Shown here: positions 40,101-50,800 of the stretch, piece after piece
Numbering within the stretch: the stretch's first letter is position 1
Layout: each line of letters begins with the position of its first letter
From: Octopus vulgaris
Lineage: Eukaryota
Reading direction: 5' to 3'
Length of the DNA: 64,000 nucleotides
Assembly (NCBI GenBank): GCA_951406725.2
Contig: OX597824.1
Coordinates: forward strand, 44,578,001-44,642,000
Notes under the pieces: model-generated
Databases searched by the model: none
What the model saw: the letters and a program-made list of their open reading frames with translations, nothing else
Told to the model about the DNA's origin: nothing
Translations under genes and position numbers: made by a program

Positions 40101-41826
40101 AAGTCGGACCGCTGAAGTTTCCCAAATTGCCCTTTTGGGGCGGTTCTTCTTTTTTTGTTTACGTGGCACTGATGCTGCACATGCTGCCCATATTGAGTCC
40201 AGGATACTCTGGAGTATAGTATTCACATCTCCAGAGTTGTAGAATTCACGCCAGTTTGGGTGCTGTAGTTCAGTGTGGTACAGGTTCCAATCTGCTCTCT
40301 TCCAATCGAAGGAAGCAGATTGGAGATGGTTCAGGTTTTTGTTGCCCGCAAGAGCCAGATTGGCGATGATCATAGCATGATCAGAGTCACCTAGAGGTTC
40401 CTCCGTAGTGCAATTGATAACCGCTTCAGGAGTTGTGGTGAAGAGCAGGTCCAAGGTGTTGTCGCCTCTTGTTGGAGAGGTGACTACTTGTGACCAGTTT
40501 GAGTCCAGCACAAGCTCAACAAAATCGTTTGCACTCTGTGGCCAATGGAAGGTCTCCCAATCGATCTCAGGATGATTGAAATCGCCTGCAATAAACACAT
40601 AAGTGGCTGTTTTCCTGGCAGCAGCTCGGAGGACATTGCAAAGCTGTGTGTCCCGATGGTAACTTGGGGGACGATAAACAACGCCAAGCAGGAGTGTTGA
40701 CATGGTCATACGCACGTCACAGAAAAAAACTTCTTCTTGTGATTCGTTCAAATCGGCACAAGGAATTACCAAAAAATTTGAACAAACGTAGACCATCACA
40801 CCACCACCACGGCGGTTAGTGCGGTCCTTACGGAAGAGGTTGTACCCCGTAATGTTGAAAACCCCATCACAGAGTAAGGAATGCGCCCATGTTTCCGTGA
40901 CAGTGATGAAGTCAGGGTCAACACTTCTGACGTAGGCGTTGAACAAATGTATTTTGTTGCATAAACTGCGAGCATTTAAGGACAACAATTTGTACCCTGC
41001 TCGCAGTTTATGATGGTGTGTAGAGGATGGCAGGTTGTTCTGGCTTAGTTTCCCTGAGTTGCTGTAGTCTTTTTAGTTATTGTGGGTAGAGAGCACTCAG
41101 ACCAGCTGGTATCTCTCTTCCACGTTTCAGCAGTCTTGACAAATCTCCAGATTTGTCCATCTTCCCGAAGACTGAAGCTTTCCTGTAGAGCTGAGTTCCT
41201 ATTCAGGGAAGCCACTACACGTAGCTTCGGATGTACATCGGACGGTAAGCCTGGGCGTGTTCGGAAGGTGGTCCGATTTTCCCGCCCAGCTTTAACTGAG
41301 GCCAGATGGTAAGAGGTTGCCTCAGTGGGGTCCGTAAAAGACAACTTGATGAGCCTAGGTTTTGGGCCAGGTCGTCCAAGGCGGATAGCACCCGTTGGGG
41401 GAACGCAGCCTAGGTCTTTGGCTGAGTTGGCAGCAAAAGCCTGAAGATCAGCCATGTCTTCTGGCACCCCAATGGCAATGACTTCATGGGTGGCAGAATC
41501 CGCGGTCTTAAATGTGACAAGAGGTACAGGTACAGGGAGGTTCTTTAGCAGAGCATTCCGATAAGACCCCTCATTGTGGAGTCCAACCTGAATGGTTGCT
41601 TTTATTCCTGCTACTTCCCCTTTTAAAGCACAGATCGATTGTTGCAGTTCTGCAAGAACCGCACTGGTCAATTGGTGTTGTTGCTGTTGCTCTGGTTGTG
41701 GTTGATTTTGTTGTTGCTGTTGTTGTTGTTGATGTTGTTGTTGCTGCTGCTCTGGTTGTGGTTGATTTTGTTGTTGCTGCTGCTCTGGTTGTGGTTGATT
41801 TTGTTGTTGCTGCTGCTGCTGCTCTA

Positions 41827-41859
<33 letters not shown>

Positions 41860-44800
41860 CTGGTTGTGGTTGATTTTGTTGTTGCTGCTGTTGCTGTTCC
41901 GCCTCCTCCACGGGAGTGGCAGGGGAAGACACAATCGTCGGTTGTGGAGGCACGCAGGCCTGACACTGAAAAGTCCAAGATTTAAGCTGAACCATCTTCC
42001 AGAGTCTATCCATCATAGCATTATGATGGCTCTTTTTTTGGCCTGGGATCTTCTGAAAGTCCGTGGCACATTGGAGGCAGACAGAGATGAGACATGTCCC
42101 ACACTCGACCCAGCGATTACGGAACGTATTTTCGGGTTCCGTACAGATGTGGCAGGTGTGATTTTCTGGGCAGTGTTCTATTTTAGAGCAGCGACCAGTC
42201 TTATCGCACGCCGCTATGGATTTCACCATGGCGATTCTGTTGGTTCTGGTCATCCGTAGAGACAGAAAATGTAAACAACAATACGATAAAAGTAAAATAT
42301 AAAATATTTGTTTTTGATTCGTTCTTTTTTTTTGTATATTCCTTGTTCTTAAATATTGCGTGTGTATATACACATGTTTCGTTCTTTTTTGTGTATATTC
42401 CTTTTTTTCTTAAATATTGCGTGTGTATACATAAAAGTATTTGTGCGTATAGACACGGAGAAAGTTTGTAAACAGAAATGAAATTTTTGATTTTTTTGCA
42501 GTGTAGTCCGTCACATTAAATAGTGTGATTTATTTTCACTCTGCACGTATATACATGTGTGCTACAAGTATCTATGTATGTATGTATGTCACTGCTTTAT
42601 AAATTTTGGACGTACTTACTGTCGTTCAACGATTTCTTTTACCCTCAACTACACGTGGTGAATTCTTCCATTGTAGATCTGTGGTGGTCATCGTCGTAAT
42701 ATTTTCTCTTTAGTTTCCTCGCCAAATTGATTATACCCTAATCAAACAGTATTCAATGATTAGATAGCTGACAAAGCTAACATTTGCAAGAAAAATTATA
42801 CATGCTATATAAGTTCTACAATGCAGGGTTTTGTATGGCACAGTGCACTTAGACGTCTATAATCAGCTAAGATATCATTGTCTGGCAATCTAGAACTACC
42901 ATTCTCATTGTGGTTATATTTGTGCACATTGTGCACAGCATATCTGTGTATTCTTCAAACCAAGCAACCAACTACTAAGAATCTGTGACATCGTGTTCAA
43001 GTTCAAAGTTACTTTTGCAAGTTGTATATACATTTGTGATCCCTCTCTATTTTTGGTATTGTCTTTTGGAACTATCAACTCCATTTTGAAACTAGCTGAG
43101 ATACTTTCAATAACATCATGGTGCATTTCGTTTGCCTTAAGTCTCGATGCACAATAGTACTAATATCCTTCCTGCCACAATCCATATTAACCCTTTTGTT
43201 ACCATATTTCATCTGAAATAGATCTTTATTTCAGTGAAATTTGTAAATAATTAAGAATGTGGTAAAATAACGTGTCATTATTAAGCTGATTTTTTGGAAC
43301 ATGAATCAGCATGAAATTTTAATTGGAAATTTTAATTTAGACCACTTTAAAATATGAAGGTTGTAGCCTAGTAGCAGGAGTGGTCTCAGGTAGATTGGTG
43401 TTGAAAGGTTAATTCCTAAATATGCTAATGTCTTTCCAAGACAGAATTAAATGTAAGCAATAATACAGAATTTGTTGTTTTGGGGATGGTAATGTTTTTT
43501 TTTTTTTTCATTTTGTCAATTGACCACATGTCCTATATACTTGATCTTCACTTCAACTTTATTATTATTCTTACTTTAGTGCCCTTTATCTTAAATCTTT
43601 CATCACACATTCTGTGACCTCTTTTGTAACTCTCCACTCCATGTGTCTCCTGTTCTGCTTAGTCCATTCTCTAAATGGACTAAACAAAACAGGAGGAGAT
43701 ACATGGAGTGGAGAGTCACTGAAGAGGTCACAGAATGTGTGACAAAGGATTTAAGAAGACCAAGTATATAGTGTATGTAGTTAATGGGGGTTAAAAAACA
43801 TGACCCTCCCCAAATATAACAATATCTGTTTCAACATATAGTTTCACAATAGGAAACTTGCAAAACAAATACATAAATATAATAATATATTTACCTTTTA
43901 TTTTTTTAATTTTATATTCTCTTTTAACGTTAATTTTTAAAAAATTTATATTTAATACTGTATTTTCTTTGTAGAATGGAACATTATTGCTATCACAACT
44001 ATTGCATGAGGAACCAGTTCAGAAGCTGAAATGCAAATCCTATGAAGCACCAAGATATCTTGGGATGGCTGAACAGGTAGAGTTGATATTGCATTTCATT
44101 TACTGCATTGAATTTGTATTTTGGTTTGTGTATGCATAATTATTATCTTTTCTAAGAAATTTCATTTGTGAAGCAAGTTCAGTTCTAACACCTGAATATA
44201 CTTACCCATATCCTAAGTTTTTTTTCCCAATTTCTACTTTGGGAGAAACTATCATGTACTTCTGATTCAGTTGTCCAACTGTGTTGCATTTTATTTGGGC
44301 AAGTGACTTCTGCTATAGCCCTGAGCTGATCAAAGCCTTGTGAGTGGATTTGGTAGAGGGAAAGTGAAAGAAGCCCATCATGTGTGTGTGTGTGTATGTT
44401 TATGTTTGTGTGTACTCTTGTCTGGACATCACATGATGATTGTAAATGAGTATCACCTTCATACAAGTGATGTTGTTTGTTTCCAGTCCCTTGTGTAAAA
44501 CAAGTCTGGCCATAGGAAAATACTACCTTGCTTAGAAACAGGTGAGGGGTGGAAAAAGAAGGACATCTAACCACAGAAAATCTGCCTCAACAAGTCCATC
44601 TGTCTTACCTATGCAAGCATTGAAAAGTGGATATTAAATGGCGATTGGTATTAAAATAGTCATCCAACTCTAGAAACCAGGATAAATCAGACTGGAATCT
44701 GGGGCACCTCTCCTGCTTTATAGCTATGCTCAAACCGTGCAACTCATGCCAGCATGGAAATCAGATGTTTAAGGTTGATGATGATGATAGATGTATGTAT

Positions 44801-47800
44801 ATATAGTTAAAGATCGAAGCTCTATTCCTTGAAAAGGAAATATATTGAGATATGCATAATTACACTTGATTTACATTATATCAGCATGATAGATTATATT
44901 CTGTCCTGTAAAACTAGGGTTTATTTGAAGAATTTATATCACAAATAAGACTCTGGAAAATAGTACCATGCTCTCAACATTTTTGTTTCAATAAAGGAAG
45001 AGATGATAGAATAAACACATATTGCAAAGAAGATTTTGGGTAGATCATTAATGCCTATAAGTGAGCCAAAGTACTGTAACCCTATCTTACAGAAAAACTG
45101 CACAGTATTCCACATCCAACCCCAAGTGTATGCAAAAAAAAAATAAATAAATAAAATCATGTCACCCTATTTTAAAAAATGCCTGAATTCCTCTTCATGG
45201 TATTTAAGTAACTGCAATTCTTGCCAAATTCTATGCTGCATATAACTACAATTCAAACAGTGTTACTGCTTAGAGTTGAAAACTGGAACTGAGAAACAAA
45301 GTTTAACCTTGTTTTGGAAAGAATTTCTTGCTAAAACCGCTCAAGTTTTCTTGCTTTGTTTTTCAGGCATAGTGGTACTTAATATCTCAAGTGGTGGTCA
45401 GAATTTCATAATTCTAATTTCTTATTATTTATTTGTTAATGATGTAATTAGAGAAACAAGACTTGGACTTAGAGAAACTAGAGCAACATTTTGGTATCAT
45501 CTGTACACACTAGCTGTTTTATCAGGGTTTATTGATTTTGAAGCAAAGTTAAATTATCACATGGTTGATATTGCATCAGTTTTGAGTATTGTTTGATATC
45601 CATTCCTTTAAACCTACTACAGTCAAATAAAGTTGAGTGCAGGAAACCTTTAGGTGTGGATTTATAATCCTGGTTATTATAGATATATATTTTTAAATAT
45701 CATCACATTTTTATAGAAATCATGCTTACACAATATACTTAAAGTAGAGAGGAGTAGTTGGGGAAAATTTATTGAAAATCTAAACATTTTTTGAAGTGAA
45801 ATTTTGTTCATATGTATTATTATTTTTCAGCATGAAGAATTAATGATTCTTTACAAGAAGGCTTTCCTTACAATAGATGGATTCAGTTTGTTTCAGTCTT
45901 TACGAGCCTGTCGAAACCAAGTGGCAAGAGGTAAGTGCCAACTATTATGTATTGTTCCATAGCTATTTTTTAATGTTTCCTCAATACATTAGGCCTTAAT
46001 TCTTTGGAATAGTATGTAGTACCGAATGCAAACCTGTCAAAATTATGTGACAAATTGTGTGAGTGTATGTTAGTACACATTTGTTTATAATGTATGTATA
46101 TGCTGTATGTACCAGTATATAATGTGTCTGATGAACAAAACCACAAATTTGCTCTAAACTTTTATTTTGTGTTATACAAAGACAATAAGTTTTATACTTG
46201 TCACTAAAAATCTTTCTACAAATTAATGTAATACAGTTTTTAAAATATTTACTGTAATTCATTAATTTCTTCACTGCTATATTTCTGTTTATATCCCTGC
46301 TCATCTTTATGTCTTTTAATTCATGTAGACATAAGCACAGGCATGGCTGTGTGGTAAGAAGTTTGCTTTGCAGCTACATAGTTCCAAGTTCTGTCCCATT
46401 GCAAGGCACTTTGGAAAAGTGTCTTCTACCATAGCCCCAGGCTGACCAAAGCCTTGTGAGTGGATTTGGTAAATGGAAACTGAAGGAAGACCATCATGTG
46501 TGTGTGTAGTGTCTGTGCCCCACCTGAACTCACTGCACAATAATGTAAATATGTTCCAAAGAATGAAAGCTTGGAAATTTGTCCTAACAATGCTTTATTC
46601 TGTAGTGATTAGTTTTATCATGACAGGTTGACTAATTTACTTTCAGTTTGACTGTTTTAAAATAGGCATGTGTCTTTTCATGCTTGTTTTGGATTATATA
46701 TCTTGTGTAGAAGTACGGGGGTGGCAGGGTCTCCCCATTTATATTTCAACATACTTTTTTTTTTCAAGTATTGTAGTTATATGTGTGGTTTTACCAATAG
46801 ATATTAAATGTAAGACTGGAAGCGAAATATGATGTTCCCAGGTTTATATCAGAACACAGTTTTAGGATTACTGCAGATTTTTCTTTTCCATTTATAAGTT
46901 GGCCACCCTGCAAATGTTACATGAAATGTTTTGTGATTCTAGGAATGAACTTTATCTTTTATTTTTGCATCCAATTTTAAAACATGTTCAGGAAGTGAGT
47001 CAACAAAACAAAATTACTTGAAGATCTTTCAAATTTAATCAAATCTGTTGCTAATATGATAGTGTTGCTAACCTGTAGTATCGTTCCTCTTGATCCTCAT
47101 GCTTCTATTGAAAAATTTTTGGATCCTAAACCAAATTTAGGCTACAGGTTCAAGAGAAAGATAGCAGAGATGATTATCAAGAAGACTGTAACAGCCACCA
47201 AAGAAAATTTTTACTCTGTTTTTATAAAGAGCTCAAGCACCGTTTGCCAGAAAATATTAATATACTGAGGAATATCAAATGTTTTCAGTAGAGAATATTT
47301 TGCAGCATTTCAAAGAGCCAATTTTATCTGTCTTAGAAGCAATGCATTTAAATGAAGAAAAAAATTGCTTCAGTTGAAATTCAGTTTAATAGCATTCATT
47401 TAGTTAAATGGACAAACACAACCAATACTGAGGCATTCTGGCTGGAAGTTTTGGAATATAAAGAAGCTACTGGAGGAAATCCTTTAGAGATGTTGCAAAT
47501 TTTGCCATTAATCTATTGACATTGCCAAACTCAAATGCAGAAGTTGAACGGTTGTTCAGTAGTATGGGTGTAATCAAATCAAAATTGAAAAACAAAATGC
47601 ATCTTCCTATGCTTAGATCAATATTGTCTATAAAATATGGCTTGAAAAGATATGGCTCATGTTGCAAAAGCTTCGATATTCCAAAACACATAATTAACAA
47701 GATAGGGACCTTGAATGTATACAGAAGTCAAGACCTAGGCACTGCAACTGAAAGTGATCAAAGCAGTGAAGTTCAAAAAATTATTTCTCAATGCTGAATA

Positions 47801-50800
47801 TAATTAAAGAAAGTAAATAAAAATTTTGCTTTTTCATATAATTTGTCTTTAGCATTTCTTTTTTCTTAGTTTTGAGCATTTTTTTGGTATTTTTTTCTAC
47901 TGAAATTTAGCATAAAATTGTGATTTTAAGTTGGCAACACTTGCTAAAGGGTTAAATATGAATATGTCTTCTTCAGCTGCTGCTAGTCATAGTGAGTCAT
48001 TCCTGCAAGCTCCACCTTTAGCATACAAAAAATGGTCTTTCCAAGACCAAGACCAAATCTTCGACCAGTGTAGCAGAGGTAAATAAAAATGTATTTTTTT
48101 AAAGTTTTAATTGTATTTTACTGTTGCCTTTTCATTGGTAATGTAGATGGTTGAGGTAGTAAAAGGATAGATCTGATGTGTTACAGTATCCAATGATTGG
48201 CACTTCCTAATCTGTTTTCATCAAATTTTGCTGTGTTATAGTAAAACCCTGCATGATGCCTGCTGTTAGTTTACTGTAAAATAGTTTCTCTTTGATGCTT
48301 ATTAAGGAAAAAAAAACACTTTTTGGATCAGGCTGTTAGAAAGGGAAAAGTATAGGGATAATATTTAGCAAACTTTGAAGCCAAGAGGTGCAGTATGTGC
48401 TTGCTAAAGTATATATATGTGTGTATGAATGAGGACAGTTGCATCAAGAGACGCCAATCTCTAATTGTAACAGGAACCTGTGGAAAGGGTAGACCCAGAA
48501 AGATGTGGGACAAATGGGTGAAGAAGAACCTACAAATTTTGGGACTCACAGAGAAATTGAGAGGGGACTGAGAATCCTAGCAGTTTGCCGTGCATGTAAA
48601 GACATGCCAAGCTCAGTAAAAGCATGATTGCCCTTGCAACCCTTTCCAGCTGAGCATCCCTAATCTTGCAGGCTCATAAGTGCTGTTTCCACATAAAGGG
48701 CACCTATACTGGTGCTGCATACAAGCATCCAATACACTTCATTAAGTGGTTGGTGTTAGAAAGGGCATCCAACTGTAGAGACCATGCCAAAACAGACATG
48801 GTGCCTGGGTAGCTCTTCAGCAGGCCAGCTTCTATCAAACTGTCCACCCCATACCAGCATGGAAAACAGACATTAAGTGATGATGATAATGTCTTTGAGA
48901 ATAACCTGAAGGATAGTAAAAATGAGCGATACATGAATGAAAAAAAATTGAGAACTGAAGTTATATTGTGAAGTGAAAGAATTTTTATATTGTTTAGTGT
49001 TGAGTCAAACAAAGGTAGTGTAGCTGATGGCATATAAAAAAGTTGATACAAATTGTGTGAATCTCAGCCTGTGTGCCACTAGTAAATTCAGCAAACCAGG
49101 GATCTTTACAGTATTAGAAGAAAAAGCAAAGGCTGAATAGTATGTCTGAAGAGAATAAATGGATTAACCATTTCTGAATATAATTGAAGCCCTGGTGGCT
49201 TAGAGGAGGAGGTATAACATCTTAAATGTGGAATCAATCTTAATTAACTTTGCTGAAATTTTATCAAAGAAATTTTGTTCCTTTTATTAGAGCTAAGATT
49301 TACTTTAGGATTTTGTGGCTATATGTCACTCGGCCAGTCTCAAGTTTGTCCTGTTATGAAGTATTGATTTTATACTTAAGATGGCACATATTGGCTTCAG
49401 TCACTGACATCATAGCTGCATTCAGAAGAAATTTATCCACATTATTAATAGCTTCTTTCTCATTAAAAATAAATTTCTGTCTTAACTCTGGCCTCTTGTT
49501 ACCATTATAACTATAATGGGATTTTCTTTTCCCAGTTGCAGCTTACTACAACCCACCTCTGCATATATCTACAAACTTCAGTTGCCTCTTCCTTGATTCT
49601 CGCTATCTCTATTGAGTTTCTTTTTATAATTTCTTTATCCAATATACCAAATTGTTCATTTTGTGAATAATGACTGTTTTCTCTTCCCTTTCAATCCAAG
49701 AAAGTTCTTCCTGTGTTCTCCACAATGTACTTTCTTCCTCAAACATGATAAAACTTAAAATACTACACAGTAGAGTATATTCATATCCTGTAGAAAACTA
49801 CCATCTTTTACAAAATACACATATTTGTTTAAAGTGAAAGTTTCTTTTTTCTTGTGTTATCAGGTATATGCAGCCCTAGTGCTTTTAGTCAAATGACAAT
49901 TGCATCAAATGTGAAAGGATTTTATTCTGCTGTTCGTCTCTCACCACCTGCAACATCTCTTTATATCACATCTGGAAGTTTTCCATGTGTTGGATTTTTC
50001 TATGCTGAGGAAGTAAGATTCTTTTATAATATCTGATAACCTTTCTGTTCTATTTGTATTCTCTAATCCATTTGATTCTGTCATTTTTTTTCTTCTATTT
50101 ATAATAGTTTCTATTGTGATTCATCTGGGGTTAGACATCATTATAAATTCTTAAAGTTCTCCACAGCTCAACTGTGAAATAGAATTGTTGCTAAAATTAT
50201 TTTGTGAAGTATCCTCCATTTGAGCAAAATTCTTAACTGATCAAGTTGTAGCCAAACAGCTTCATCAGTTTCTTTAACTCATCAGCCAACAAGCTTTTGT
50301 ATGATTGGTAGATGTAAAAGGTTTGATGGGTTGTTGGAATATTCCAAGTTATCCAGAATCAGTCTACAGTTATTCACCAATGAGATGCATGAGAAAGCTT
50401 TTTGGGAAGTGTCTTGTCAAAGACCACAATGCACTTCTTGCAATCAAATGCATACTCAGTAGTGATAATACATGAAATTGTATTTCAAGTTATCACAGTA
50501 TACATAGGGTATTATAATAATATCTCACTGCAGTGTATGTGTCAATATATATAATATATCTATAGATGAAGGTCAGCTGGTTGCAAGTGCTTGCTGAATA
50601 GTTTTTATTTCAGTGATTTCCTTCTCCTAGATGGATTATCTTCACTACAACTAGTGAGCACCATCTACCCTTGACTATATTGGGTGACTGTTGACCCTCA
50701 TCAGTTCCTCTACCCTTTAACGGGTCTTGTCTTTCATCCTGTAGGATGTCCAAAATCACTTTCCTCAACAAGCAAGCTCAGTGAAGTTGCTGGTTTAGTT

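Larger units (their letters stand above)
38156..42727 (-). mobile_element. Full-length CR1/L2-group LINE, antisense in RAB3GAP2 intron 5
   Basis: ORF1, APE and RT present. Short 3' UTR with stem-loop GTAGTGC-acctga-GCACTGT and an (ATT)n tail (38153-38175). Candidate 8-bp TSD TGATTATA at 38148-38155 and 42728-42735. CpGs largely retained. Confidence 0.92.

Noticed and set aside
41571-42259. Alternative-frame and antisense ORFs (poly-T/A, poly-L, poly-V)
   Set aside because: Shadows of the CAG/CAA repeat in LINE ORF1.
42254-42373. Upstream extension of ORF1 in the ORF track
   Set aside because: Non-ATG start in AT-rich UTR or intron-like sequence; ATG 42253 is the more plausible start.
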